From Eledone cirrhosa (taxonomy: Eukaryota): a stretch of DNA of 64,000 nucleotides. Made by a program: the position numbers and the translations under genes. Positions 1-10,842 of the stretch are shown here, in pieces; position 1 is the stretch's first letter, and each line of letters opens with the position of its first letter. The stretch is from contig OZ024751.1 in the NCBI GenBank assembly GCA_964016885.1, positions 5,332,001 to 5,396,000 on the forward strand. The letters are read 5' to 3'. The notes beneath the pieces were generated by a model that saw only the letters and a program-made list of their open reading frames with translations, was not told the DNA's origin and searched no databases.

Positions 1-673
1 AGATGCGCGCAGGGCGACGAAACCGTCCTGCACGCACTCGTCCAGTGTCCGAAAATTGCTGACTTGTGGGTTTATGTCGAACACCTGCTGTCGCGTTTAG
101 GACGGATCCAGCTATCATCTGAGTCTATCGTGAGGATTGCCCCGCCCTCCTCCTTTAGCCGGGAAGGGCAGGCAGTTTTTATCTGTCTGGTGGCCATGGC
201 GAAAGAGATAGTATGGTGGACACGTTTGAAAGGGCTGAAGACGAGCACTTACCTCTTCGGTGATGCTCTGATTGACTTTTTCAAATTTCATTTGAAAAGG
301 AAAATCAGAGTAGAGAAGGAAGTGCTCTCTTCCCAGCATTTTGTTGAAAGATGGGTGAGAGAAGCAAGAATGGCCCGAGTGAATGGGCCGACTCTGAGTA
401 TATATCTGTAAACTAAAGGTGGAAAACTGGGAGAGGGCACTTGCCTTGGTGGTCAGGGTCATTGTGGCTTTTTACTGGGCTTTCTCCACAAATGTCCCTC
501 CGAAGTCTCCCCCCTATTGGGGAATTTTTTTCATTGTTATTTTCATTGTTATTTTTGTTACATCCTCTGTTTTTGTTTTTTTACACGCAGAAATGCCCAT
601 TTGTACCGTCCTGCATTGTCCTGCACTGTCCTTAATGTCTACTTTATGTAAACCCTTGTGGTTAATAAAGAAA

Positions 674-675
<2 letters not shown>
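1..675 (+). mobile_element. 3' end of a Tx1/L1-clade non-LTR retrotransposon (ORF2 C-terminus plus 3' UTR), cut by the window edge
   Basis: Nearly identical to 6068-6743 (about 3 differences seen). Encodes the zf-RVT tail HALVQC...LSIYL. AATAAA at 664-669, then (TTA)n. Confidence 0.95.

Positions 676-720
<45 letters not shown>
676..720. repeat. (TTA)n microsatellite between two Tx1 copies
   Basis: Perfect (ATT)15. Confidence 0.99.
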
Positions 721-933
721 GAATGCCATGGTTGACGGAGGCTCGGCTCTGTAAGGTATAGTAATTTTTAACCGTTAAAACAATTGTAAATTGTTTAAAA
801 CTTGAACCAAATTGTTGATAAAGACACCCTCCTCCTCGTGAGAGGGGTCTTTCTGTCCGTTATTTGGCCCTTCGAGGTTAAATAACCAGTTATTGGGGTT
901 TTGTACCCAAAATTTCATTTTAAACAAAAAAAC

Positions 934-3024
934 ATGGCTACGAAAAAGAAATTTCGTACGTCACTCCCACTCATTCCGTCTTCTTCTTCCTCAATCATCA
1001 CTACAGCAGAGAGAAGATTGTCTCTCTCCCTCCCTTCTTTAAATGTGTCTCTCTCCCTCCCTTCTCTTTCGCAAGCGACGAAAGAAAAGAAAAGTCTCGT
1101 GCAAAGCGTGCAAGGTTTCTCCACGACGACAGCGACGAAACAGGTGTGCGGGAAATACGAAAACCCAGTTCATTCGTCTGACGTCAGGAATAATAGCAGT
1201 AGCAGCCGTAATAACAACAGCAACAGTGACAATGAAAACAACAGTAGCAGCCGCAACAGCATCACCAGCAGCATAAACAACAACAGCATTAGCAGCAGCA
1301 ACACCAACAACAACCACAGCAACAGCGGCGGAGGCAGTAGTCGTAGTACCTGCAGCAACAACAAAAGTACCAGCAGCTCTGACGACAACAACAACAGCAG
1401 AGAAAAACCAATCTCGTTTGCAGGTATTGCGAAAAACTTGGAAACAATCCTCATAACAAATGAGGAATTAGAGGAAGCGAAGAAGATGGTGACAAAGAAC
1501 GGACACCGAGCAATCTGCAAGGCAGCGAAACATTTTTTCGAAACCCAAGAGCACTGTACGGTCACGTACCGTACAGTAAGTACAAAATCCCGTAGGGTGG
1601 AAAGAGCCACAGAGGCCCAAATACAAAAAGCCTTGGGGTCTGTGTGGCAGAGGAAAACGCACATCACCCGAGGCAAAAAATACGCCACCGTAGACGTACT
1701 TTTTGCCACACCCCAGGAGGCAAAGGCCCAATCAGTAGTGACCCTAAGGAGCGAGGAAATGGTGTTGGTGCCCTCCTACTGCGGGCAAAAAATTGTGAGG
1801 GTCAAACTGACCCACGTCCCCCCCGGAATGACCCCTTCTTGGCTGGCCGCGTCTGTCCTCGTCGGAATCGAGGACAAAACAACTGTACTGCAAGTACAGA
1901 AAAAAGTAAGAGAAGATTGGGTCGGCTCCTCCATTGAGATGCTAATCCAAACCAACCAGGAGTGCATCGAAGCTATCCCGGATGTGATAGACTTCGATAA
2001 CGGCACTCAACTGCCCATAAGTGTTGAGGGCAAACGCCCGAAATGCTTTCGCTGTGGATCGAAGACTCACCTCAGGGCCTTCTGCAACGAGAAGACCCTG
2101 AGAAAGGAGAAAACCCCCCTCCTTCCGAATCCGGCTCCACGGCTACCAGCAACAGGACAAGCGGCAACCAGGAACGATAGGCCCGTGGCACCCATACCCA
2201 CTCCACGGAAATCAAAAACAGCAGCAGCAGTGGAAATACTAACAACAACAACAGCAATACCAAATGCAGCTGCAACAGAGACTCCAGTGCAAACATCACC
2301 AACAACAACAAGTGAAAGAGTGGAGTTGGTACCCCTCCCCGACCTCACAGAATCAGACATGGAGTGTGAGGTGGGAGAGAGATGGCAAAAGGTCGTAAGA
2401 AGGCACAAACGCAGAAGCAGCGCATCGTCGCCTTTGAAAAGGGAGGAAAGAAATGAGAAAAGGGTAAAGTCTACTGCAAAGAGACCCACAGCAGCAACAA
2501 CACCAACACCATCACCACCCACACTAGCGCCACCATCACCACCGGCGACAACCCCACCGCCAACAACACCTTCAACACCACCACCACAAACACCAACATC
2601 GCAAACACAACAACAAAACACACACACCCAGCAACAACGACAAGAAAATAGCAGAACCACACCCCACCCCCAGAAAAACAAATGCACGGCAATAAATACA
2701 CACAACAAGAAACTAATGACTTACATAATTGAACACACAGACATTTCACAACAGGACTACATAATACCAGCACCAATCAAAACGCCAACTAACATAAGAC
2801 TGCTAAAAATAGCACAGAAACAATACACAAACATTAAAACGAAATTCCCCAACGCAGTTGGTGATTTCAGGGACCTAGGAGGAACCATCAATCGAAGAGT
2901 ATACTCAGACATTCTCTTAGAAGAGCCGACGACCAGCCGAAGGGACGATTCAACGGTCCCTTCACCAGACGATCAAGTGAAAAGGGATGTAAAAACCATC
3001 CCTCCTCTACCAAAAGTACGGTAA
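934..3024 (+). CDS. Tx1-type ORF1 (gag-like nucleic-acid-binding protein with CCHC knuckle)
   Basis: Open frame from A-rich-context ATG at 934. CX2CX4HX4C motif CFRCGSKTHLRAFC; Asn/Ser- and Pro/Thr-rich low-complexity regions. Confidence 0.88.
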   Translation: MATKKKFRTSLPLIPSSSSSIITTAERRLSLSLPSLNVSLSLPSLSQATKEKKSLVQSVQGFSTTTATKQVCGKYENPVHSSDVRNNSSSSRNNNSNSDNENNSSSRNSITSSINNNSISSSNTNNNHSNSGGGSSRSTCSNNKSTSSSDDNNNSREKPISFAGIAKNLETILITNEELEEAKKMVTKNGHRAICKAAKHFFETQEHCTVTYRTVSTKSRRVERATEAQIQKALGSVWQRKTHITRGKKYATVDVLFATPQEAKAQSVVTLRSEEMVLVPSYCGQKIVRVKLTHVPPGMTPSWLAASVLVGIEDKTTVLQVQKKVREDWVGSSIEMLIQTNQECIEAIPDVIDFDNGTQLPISVEGKRPKCFRCGSKTHLRAFCNEKTLRKEKTPLLPNPAPRLPATGQAATRNDRPVAPIPTPRKSKTAAAVEILTTTTAIPNAAATETPVQTSPTTTSERVELVPLPDLTESDMECEVGERWQKVVRRHKRRSSASSPLKREERNEKRVKSTAKRPTAATTPTPSPPTLAPPSPPATTPPPTTPSTPPPQTPTSQTQQQNTHTQQQRQENSRTTPHPQKNKCTAINTHNKKLMTYIIEHTDISQQDYIIPAPIKTPTNIRLLKIAQKQYTNIKTKFPNAVGDFRDLGGTINRRVYSDILLEEPTTSRRDDSTVPSPDDQVKRDVKTIPPLPKVR

Positions 3025-3058
3025 GTGGTCTTTCCCATCTTTTCCACTCTATTTAAAC

Positions 3059-6000
3059 ATGACCTCACTCAGAATAGGCAGCATAAATGCGCGTGGCTTG
3101 GGGTCGTCATGGAAGCAGGGTCACCTGCTCAACGACCTCAGGTCACTAAACATAGATGTAGTGGCCATCAGCGAGACCAGAATCTCCGAAGCACGGGCCT
3201 TCGCACCGATCTTCGGCGGCTACGATGTGTACGCATCTCCCAGCCGTCCTGGATCGGGTGGAGGAGTTGCTGTGCTTTTTCGGAGAGGTTTGGATCTCGC
3301 CATACGGGCCATCTTCCTGGACCCAGAGGGTAAGCTGGTGGTGCTGGACGTGACCAGCGGAGACGGGCAAGCTTTCAGGCTAGTGGCCGTCTATGCCCCG
3401 ACAGGAGCAGGGCGGCCTGATTTCTTCCGGCGTCTGGAGACCTTTCTTGGAACGTCCCGCTCTTTAGTGTTAGTGGGCGACTGGAACGGGATCTTAGATG
3501 CACGCTGGGACTGTGTGGGATTAGCGGATAGGGGTGGAGGGTGCAAGAGCCTCACCAACCTGCTCAGGCGTTTTGAACTGTCTGACAGGTACCGATTGGA
3601 TTTCCCGAATGTGCCAATGTGGACTTGGACAAACCGCATAGGGTCATCCAGATCATATCTAGATAGAGTATTTTGTAGGGAAATAGATAGGTCTAGCATA
3701 GGCTGTCCACAATTCAAGATAGTCAGCTACACGGACCACAAATTCGTGATCTGTGTGCTTGACTTAGATAGGCTTCATAGACGAGGACCCGGCTACTGGA
3801 AGCTAAACGCGTCCTTACCAGCGCGCAAGGCCTACAGAGACCGGATTAGCGAACTAGTTAAGCGGGCGTTGACGGGGGCCATCGTCAACAACAAGTGGTG
3901 GTTTGCTCTGAAAAGAGCGATTAGAATAGAATCGATTAGGTTTAGTAAGGCTTTAGCAATAGAGAAAAATAGAGCAGAGGGAGAACTAGTTAGAAAATTA
4001 GACGAGGCGCTTAGCAAAGGCATTGCGACCGACGTGCTTGCGGCGAAATTGGCCCTTGACCAATTCTTCAATGCAAAGCACGAAGGCTGCGTTGTCAGAG
4101 CTAGGGTGCGTGCTCTCAGACACGAGGGGACGAAAGCCGTTCAATGGGCCCGAGTGGCGGAGGCGCGTCGTGGCAACAAAGCCACGATCCGGTCTTTGGT
4201 GGACCACGACGGGCGCATGCTACTCGATCCCGGGCAAATGTGTGAAGCTTTTCAGCGACACTTCGCTCAGCTGTTCGGGGGCAGCGGGGGGCCGGGTAGA
4301 GGGATGGACTTTAGTGTCTACCTCGACGGACTGCCGCGGCTCTCGGCCACTGAGGCGAAGTGTTGCGAAAAGCCGATAACAGCCGCTGAAGTACGGGAGG
4401 CAATGACTGGCTGCACAAGGGGTAAATCGCCTGGTTTGGATGGTCTGCCCTATGAACTTTACGTACAGATGCCAGACTTGTTCGGAGGCCTCTTGGCGGA
4501 CGTCTACTGCAACTGGCAACAGAACGGGAGAATTCCCAGTTCTGTGAGCCGAGGAGCGGTGGCACTGCTGAGAAAGGATCCGAACAAGGGGGATAACATA
4601 GACAATTTCCGGCCCATAACTCTGCTAAACACAGAGTTTAAGATTTTGGCCAAGGTGCTAGCAAAGAGGTTGGCGCTTGTCGTTGGTGGTCTGGTGGGAG
4701 AGGCGCAGACATGCGCCATTCCCGACAGATCCATCCACGACAACCTCCACCTCATGCGATACATCGTAGAGAGGGTAGCTAGGGAACCTGGCACGGGTGG
4801 GTCCTTGATCAATTTAGATCAGTCGAAAGCTTTCGATAGGGTCGACCATCGTTACCTAGCGGCAGTCCTGAGGGCGGCTGGCTTTGGGCCCGTCTTCAGA
4901 GGCTGGATCGCTGCCATGCACAGCGACATCTGCTCTGTGGTGAGAGTGAACGGTCACCTGTCGGAACCGTTCAACATCATGCGCTCGGTCCGCCAAGGAT
5001 GTCCCCTCTCGTCCCTCTTGTACGTATTGACTCTCGAGCCATTACTGCACAAACTGGAGACGTTGAGGGGAGTCCCGCGCGAACTAGGATGCGGAAGATC
5101 CGTGTCAGCATATGCGGACGATGTCACCGTAGTGGTGTCGAACGCCAAACACATCGAGGCGATCGGCACTACACTAAGAGAATACGAAGCGGTGACAGGA
5201 GCAATGATCAACCAGGAAAAGTCAGTGGGCCTGCAGCTCGGCACCTGGAGAGGCAGGTCCATGCCGTCCAACAGCGTCGTCGGGCGCTGGACGGACGGAC
5301 CGGTTAAATTGCTAGGGGTCTGGTTCGGTCCGGACCTCCAGACGGACAAAAACTGGGACGAGGTGACGAGCAGGGTGGCTTCTCTCACCCAGAAATGGGC
5401 GGAGAGGAAGCTATCCCTGAAAGGTCGAGCGGAGGTGGCTAACGCGTACATCGCGTCTGTCATCTGCTACCGCCTAACCGTCGTACCTTGTCCTAAGCCT
5501 CGCCTGACTGCGCTGGAGCGTTTGCTCTTTCGCTTTTTGTGGAAGGGACGTGCTCCGATGGTCAGGCGGTCCATCTGTTGTCAACACCCGCTACGTGGAG
5601 GGCTGGGCATGCCGTGGCTGATGATGCGCAGGCACGCGCTCAGGCTACGACATCTCCACCTCTTCCTCGACGGTGATCAGGTGTGGTCGCCGTTTGCTAG
5701 ACGCGTTTTTCCCCAGCTCGTTTCCTTGACGGAGCTGCAGTCCTGGGTCAAGCGAAGACCGAGAGGGAGCGCCTGGAGACTGGAATGTCTTCAGGCGCTC
5801 ACAGCCCTCGACCAATCGGGCAATGTGATCGGTGGAAACTCCACCTCGGCGTTCTATAGAGGATTAGTGGAGGGGAAGAGCGACGACGTACTTGGGGAAA
5901 CTCTAGGCGTCGACGAAAATCAACTAGCCAATCTCTTCGGAAGAACTTTCGGGCCAGGGCCTATGGACAACTTCCAGAAATCTCTGGCCTGGCAGTGCTA

Positions 6001-6478
6001 CCGAGGAGCCTTGCCAGTTCGGGATAAACTCTACAGGCATGGAGGTGCCGTCAGCCGGGTATGTCCGAGATGCGCGCAGGGCGACGAAACCGTCCTGCAC
6101 GCACTCGTCCAGTGTCCGAAAATTGCTGACTTGTGGGTTTATGTCGAACACCTGCTGTCGCGTTTAGGACGGATCCAGCTATCATCTGAGTCCATCGTGA
6201 GGATTGCCCCGCCCTCCTCCTTTAGCCGGGAAGGGCAGGCAGTTTTTATCTGTCTGGTGGCCATGGCGAAAGAGATAGTATGGTGGACACGTTTGAAAGG
6301 GCTGAAGACGAGCACTTACCTCTTCGGTGATGCTCTGATTGACTTTTTCAAATTTCATTTGAAAAGGAAAATCAGAGTAGAGAAGGAAGTGCTCTCTTCC
6401 CAGCATTTTGTTGAAAGATGGGTGAGAGAAGCAAGAATGGCCCGAGTGAATGGGCCGACTCTGAGTATATATCTGTAA
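3059..6478 (+). CDS. ORF2: APE endonuclease + reverse transcriptase + zf-RVT (1139 aa)
   Basis: APE motifs INARGL, ISET, VYAP, GDWN, YLDR, TDH. RT motifs RPITLLN, KAFDRV, QGCPLS, YADD. C-terminal CPRC...H...C. Confidence 0.97.
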   Translation: MTSLRIGSINARGLGSSWKQGHLLNDLRSLNIDVVAISETRISEARAFAPIFGGYDVYASPSRPGSGGGVAVLFRRGLDLAIRAIFLDPEGKLVVLDVTSGDGQAFRLVAVYAPTGAGRPDFFRRLETFLGTSRSLVLVGDWNGILDARWDCVGLADRGGGCKSLTNLLRRFELSDRYRLDFPNVPMWTWTNRIGSSRSYLDRVFCREIDRSSIGCPQFKIVSYTDHKFVICVLDLDRLHRRGPGYWKLNASLPARKAYRDRISELVKRALTGAIVNNKWWFALKRAIRIESIRFSKALAIEKNRAEGELVRKLDEALSKGIATDVLAAKLALDQFFNAKHEGCVVRARVRALRHEGTKAVQWARVAEARRGNKATIRSLVDHDGRMLLDPGQMCEAFQRHFAQLFGGSGGPGRGMDFSVYLDGLPRLSATEAKCCEKPITAAEVREAMTGCTRGKSPGLDGLPYELYVQMPDLFGGLLADVYCNWQQNGRIPSSVSRGAVALLRKDPNKGDNIDNFRPITLLNTEFKILAKVLAKRLALVVGGLVGEAQTCAIPDRSIHDNLHLMRYIVERVAREPGTGGSLINLDQSKAFDRVDHRYLAAVLRAAGFGPVFRGWIAAMHSDICSVVRVNGHLSEPFNIMRSVRQGCPLSSLLYVLTLEPLLHKLETLRGVPRELGCGRSVSAYADDVTVVVSNAKHIEAIGTTLREYEAVTGAMINQEKSVGLQLGTWRGRSMPSNSVVGRWTDGPVKLLGVWFGPDLQTDKNWDEVTSRVASLTQKWAERKLSLKGRAEVANAYIASVICYRLTVVPCPKPRLTALERLLFRFLWKGRAPMVRRSICCQHPLRGGLGMPWLMMRRHALRLRHLHLFLDGDQVWSPFARRVFPQLVSLTELQSWVKRRPRGSAWRLECLQALTALDQSGNVIGGNSTSAFYRGLVEGKSDDVLGETLGVDENQLANLFGRTFGPGPMDNFQKSLAWQCYRGALPVRDKLYRHGGAVSRVCPRCAQGDETVLHALVQCPKIADLWVYVEHLLSRLGRIQLSSESIVRIAPPSSFSREGQAVFICLVAMAKEIVWWTRLKGLKTSTYLFGDALIDFFKFHLKRKIRVEKEVLSSQHFVERWVREARMARVNGPTLSIYL

Positions 6479-6741
6479 ACTAAAGGTGGAAAACTGGGAG
6501 AGGGCACTTGCCTTGGTGGTCAGGGTCATTGTGGCTTTTTACTGGGCTTTCTCCACAAATGTCCCTCCGAAGTCTCCCCCCTATTGGGGAATTTTTTTCA
6601 TTGTTATTTTCATTGTTATTTTTGTTACATCCTCTGTTTTTGTTTTTTTTACACGCAGAAATGCCCATTTGTACCGTCCTGCATTGTCCTGCACTGTCCT
6701 TAATGCCTACTTTATGTAAACCCTTGTGGTTAATAAAGAAA

Positions 6742-6743
<2 letters not shown>

Positions 6744-6794
<51 letters not shown>

Positions 6795-6806
6795 GTTATT
6801 GTTATT
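6744..6806. repeat. (TTA)n shared tail-to-tail by Tx1 (+) and R4/Dong (-)
   Basis: (TTA)n with a few TTG variants. Confidence 0.98.
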
Positions 6807-6880
6807 CCTTGAATCTCAGTCATTGATGTTGGTTAACTGGAAAGTCCGTTGGATTGAATATCAAGCCACTACCTGCAGCT

Positions 6881-9800
6881 TCAGATATTCAGGACGTATC
6901 GGAGGGTTCTTGCCGTTCCAAGCAAGCATGCCTTTTGAAGCGTTCCAAAAAGCGTGAAGGGGCCGATTTTCTTTAACCATCCCTGGAAACCTTTGGAGAT
7001 AGTCCCCAGTGCGCCTATGACAATCGGGATCACTTTGACTTCATGGCAGTTCCAAATCCTTTTCACCTCCCACTTTAGGTCCTGGTATCGGTTAATTTTC
7101 TCCCTCTCCTTCTCTTGCACTCTCGTGTCGAACGGGCAGGCCACATCCACAATCAGGCACGATCTTTTTTCTTTGTCCACAACCACCAGGTCAGGTCTAT
7201 TGTGTTCCAGTTTTTTGTCCGTCTGTATCCTAAAATCCCACAGCACCTTCACCTGACTGTTCTCCATCACCGCCTCTGGCCTATGCTCATACCATTTCTC
7301 AGAATGTGGTAGATTGTTTACTTTGCACAGGTGCCAGTGGATCACCCTGCCCATCACATCGTGTCTCCAGCCCTTATAGTGGGTCTGGGCTAGGTGTTTA
7401 CACTCGGACACAATGTGAGCCACAGTCTCCTCTCTCTCTCCACAGATCCTGCACAGTGGGCTAGCCTCCTCCTTGTAGATATGGTGCTTCAACCACTTCG
7501 TTTTGAGGGCCTGCTCCTGCGCAGCCATTAGCATTCCTTCTGTAGCCTTTTTGAGGTCTCCTCTTCTCAACCAGTTCCATGTCTGTGGATCTCTAAATTC
7601 AGTTTTCTCAAAGAAGGTACTATGAAGGGATTTCCCCTTAAGGCTGCTCTTCCTCCTTGATGTTATTTCCTCCTTGGATATCCCCTGGCCTACTGTCCCC
7701 TCCTTCAGTACAGCTCTGAGCATTGGCTCCTTACTATAGGTCACGTATTTGTATAGGTTGTTTTTCTCCATCTGAACACAGTCCTCTATGCTGATAAGAC
7801 CTCTTCCACCCTCAGATCTCCTTAGGTAGAGTCTATCGACATCACTCCTCTTGTGGAACATGTTGTAGATAGTCAATAGCTTCCTAGTCTTCCTATCCAT
7901 TTCTTTTTGTTCAGCAACATTCCATCTCAGAATTCCCGCACTGTACCTAATAATAGACACAGCTCGGGAATTTACTGCGCTTATGGCATTTCTGCTGTTC
8001 AGATGTGACTTCAATACGCTCCTTACTCTCCGAATGTATTCAGTTCTTAACAATTCCTTCATTTTTTTGTTCTTTATGCCATCAGCCTCCAGAACGCCCA
8101 AATACTTGTATCCTTCCTCAGAGTCAATTTCCTTTATCATCTCACCTGTTGGTATCTGGATCCCGTTACTTCTGCTCAACCTACCCCTCCTCATCACAAT
8201 GACTCCACATTTACCAATACCAAACTGCATACATATATCACTGCTGAAAATACGGACAGTGTCAACAAGCACATCCAACTCCTTCTCACTTTTCCCGAAG
8301 AGCTTAAGATCGTCCATGAAGAGGAGGTGATTGATGGTAAGCTCTCCCCTTCCCAACTTGTATCCTGCTCTCACTTTTCGCAGCATAATGGTCAAGGGCA
8401 TCAGGGCAAGGACAAACAACAGAGGGGACAGGCTATCTCCCTGGAAGATACCTCTCTTGATCTTCACGCTTCCCAAGGATACTCCAGTTGATGTAAACTC
8501 TGTCTCCCAGGACCCCATACTCCTGCCTAGCAACTGTCTGATGTTATCTGCCACCCTGAAGATCTCCAGGCTTTTGGTGATCCAGGAATGAGGCACCATG
8601 TCAAATGCCTGTCTGTAGTCTATCCATCCCATGGCAAGATCAGTGTGTCTCCTCCTGCAATTCCCCATTACCATCTTATCAATAAGCAACTGGTCCTTTG
8701 TACCACGTGACTTCTTTCGGCATCCTTTCTGTTCGTCCGGCAACAAGTTGTTTGTGTGGAGGTGATGGTAGATTTCCTCAGACACAATGCTCGTCAACAG
8801 TTTCCACATTACGGGCAGACATGTGATAGGTCTATAGTTGGTAACATCATTACCCTTGATTTGGTCTTTCATTATCAGAACTGTGGTACCTTTTGTCAAC
8901 CACTCTGGCACCTCACCCGACACCAAGCAGTCATTGAACATGGCCGTCAGCTTCGGGTGGAGGGATGTTAAATGTTTAATCCAATACCCCTGCACACCAT
9001 CTGGGCCTGGTGATTTCCAGTTGGTTAGTTTTTTGGCTTGCCCCTTAAGAGTTTCAACTGTGATACTCAAATCAGTCTGTTGTTGTGCCTGCTCACCGAT
9101 CTCCCTCTGTACTGTCTCAATCCACCCTGCCTGGGCATTGTGTCTAACATCCTGCTCCCATATTCCTCTCCAGAATGTTTTAGCTTGTTCCGCCCCAGGG
9201 ATCAAGTCGTTGCCTCTTTCTTTCCCCTCAAGCTGTCCAAACAGCATCTTCTGGTTGTTGTCGAACATGCGGTTCTGTTTATACTGACTGACTCTGTTCT
9301 CGTATCGCCTGATTTTGGCACTCTTTGCTACAATGCGTTGCTTCAATTCCTCTATGATAATATTTAGCTTTTTACTCCTAGTTTTGTATTTTATTTCCAG
9401 TCTATTTTTAGTGCCTATGTTTTTTAGTGTCCCATTCAGTAGTGCCTCAAGCTTTCCTATGTCATTTCTCATTTCCCCGATTTGCCCACTCAGTCGCTTC
9501 TTCCACCACGGCTCTGCTCTTTCTTGTCTGTTGTTTCCTCTCGCTTTTATACCAAGTAGTTTCCTCACCGTATTTGCTGTTGCTTTGAGGATATTGTTGC
9601 ACTGGTGAAGACTCCTCGCCTCAAGGTATGGGATGACTTTGTTTACCTTAGCTGTTGTTTCTTTTAACTTTTTCCTGTCTACAAATCTTAGGTTCATAGG
9701 TCTCCCACTATCATTGTTCAACTCATCTACCACTAAATTTAGGATGTCAACCGAATCTTGTCCTAGCCCGTCAGCATTCATCTCCTCAGTGGCCGTATCT

Positions 9801-10273
9801 CTGTTCCAGGTATTATTTATCTCAGTATTCAGATCATTGTCTGCTTCGGGTGGTTCCTCCGTTCTCAGGACCTCCTCACCTTCATTTCCCGCCGGCTCGC
9901 TTGTCTGGCATACTACACCCGCCATCTCCAAGCCATTCTCTCTGCTCAGTTCCTCCAGTTCCAGCTCGCTTATCCAACCATTAGTTCTTATTACCCGAGC
10001 CTGCCCGGCCAATTTTTGTTCATCTAATTTAAATAAACCAATCTCGTTCCAGATGTTATGCATCCGTCTCCTGTAGCCCCTCTCCTTGGGGTTACTTTTC
10101 AGGTAGCATTGCATAACAGTTCTATTCAATTCTTTCGTCCAGTTGGTTCTGGCCCCTTTCCTTCTTCTTCTTCCTCCAACATCAGCAGTATTTGGTTGAC
10201 AGTCAGGTTCCTGCTGCTGAGCCAGGGGGCACCTGTTGGGTGAGAGTCTGTCACATGACGTTCTAGTCTCCAT
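6881..10273 (-). CDS. R4/Dong-type polyprotein: RT + CCHC zinc knuckle + restriction-like endonuclease (1130 aa)
   Basis: YRPITCL, AFDMVPH, GIFQGDSLSP, FMDD, YKYLG; CRICGEREETVAHIVSEC; RHD...RPDLVVVDK...VDV...KINRY (PD-D/ExK). Confidence 0.96.
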   Translation of the reverse strand: METRTSCDRLSPNRCPLAQQQEPDCQPNTADVGGRRRRKGARTNWTKELNRTVMQCYLKSNPKERGYRRRMHNIWNEIGLFKLDEQKLAGQARVIRTNGWISELELEELSRENGLEMAGVVCQTSEPAGNEGEEVLRTEEPPEADNDLNTEINNTWNRDTATEEMNADGLGQDSVDILNLVVDELNNDSGRPMNLRFVDRKKLKETTAKVNKVIPYLEARSLHQCNNILKATANTVRKLLGIKARGNNRQERAEPWWKKRLSGQIGEMRNDIGKLEALLNGTLKNIGTKNRLEIKYKTRSKKLNIIIEELKQRIVAKSAKIRRYENRVSQYKQNRMFDNNQKMLFGQLEGKERGNDLIPGAEQAKTFWRGIWEQDVRHNAQAGWIETVQREIGEQAQQQTDLSITVETLKGQAKKLTNWKSPGPDGVQGYWIKHLTSLHPKLTAMFNDCLVSGEVPEWLTKGTTVLIMKDQIKGNDVTNYRPITCLPVMWKLLTSIVSEEIYHHLHTNNLLPDEQKGCRKKSRGTKDQLLIDKMVMGNCRRRHTDLAMGWIDYRQAFDMVPHSWITKSLEIFRVADNIRQLLGRSMGSWETEFTSTGVSLGSVKIKRGIFQGDSLSPLLFVLALMPLTIMLRKVRAGYKLGRGELTINHLLFMDDLKLFGKSEKELDVLVDTVRIFSSDICMQFGIGKCGVIVMRRGRLSRSNGIQIPTGEMIKEIDSEEGYKYLGVLEADGIKNKKMKELLRTEYIRRVRSVLKSHLNSRNAISAVNSRAVSIIRYSAGILRWNVAEQKEMDRKTRKLLTIYNMFHKRSDVDRLYLRRSEGGRGLISIEDCVQMEKNNLYKYVTYSKEPMLRAVLKEGTVGQGISKEEITSRRKSSLKGKSLHSTFFEKTEFRDPQTWNWLRRGDLKKATEGMLMAAQEQALKTKWLKHHIYKEEASPLCRICGEREETVAHIVSECKHLAQTHYKGWRHDVMGRVIHWHLCKVNNLPHSEKWYEHRPEAVMENSQVKVLWDFRIQTDKKLEHNRPDLVVVDKEKRSCLIVDVACPFDTRVQEKEREKINRYQDLKWEVKRIWNCHEVKVIPIVIGALGTISKGFQGWLKKIGPFTLFGTLQKACLLGTARTLRYVLNI

Positions 10274-10842
10274 TTCACCGTTATTCGAACTGTTTATGTT
10301 CGATATTTAAACACTCTTATCGAGGATTGGCGAATGTATGTTTACATAGCCATCTGTGGATCCGCCATCCCACTTGGCCCTTGTGTGGCATTATCACCAC
10401 GCTGTATACGGACACACATAAACAAACAAACACACGGGCAGAAAGGGCCCCAAAAATGAATAAGCATAAGTTTCATTGTAATGTAGTATTCGAATGTCTG
10501 ACTTAGTTTTTGTTTTTTAAGTTTTACTTTTTCCCCCCTCTTCTCTGTCCGTCCGCCTGCTTCTCTCTTCATTCTTATTTTCTTTACGTTTTTGGGGTTT
10601 CTTTTTTTGTTTTTGTTTTTCTCTGTTTTTCTCGTTTTTTACTGTTGTTGCTGTGCTGCTTTTGTTGTTTGTTTTTTCTTTTTTCTTTTGAGTCTATCTA
10701 TATATTTTGATGCCTTCCTCTTTGTTAGTAGTAGGAATTCTATAATGTGGAAGTGGTAGCCAGCAGAGACTGGCGGCGTTGGCGATACTGAGACAGTGGT
10801 GGTGGTGATGTCGATACCGAGGCAGTGGTGGCGGTGATGCGA

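Larger units (their letters stand above)
721..6743 (+). mobile_element. Full-length, intact Tx1/L1-clade non-LTR retrotransposon (~6.0 kb)
   Basis: 5' UTR, ORF1, ORF2, and 3' UTR with AATAAA (6732-6737); (TTA)n on both sides. Confidence 0.95.

Noticed and set aside
820-860. HDV-like ribozyme in the Tx1 5' UTR (cctcctcgtg) or R4 5' UTR (tcctcg near 10320)
   Set aside because: Could not build the P1/P2/P1.1 nested pseudoknot; only a simple hairpin; not conserved in the other Tx1 5' UTRs.
6954-10243. Many short ORFs antisense to or overlapping the LINE ORFs
   Set aside because: Shadow frames; they recur only because the parent elements are near-identical copies.
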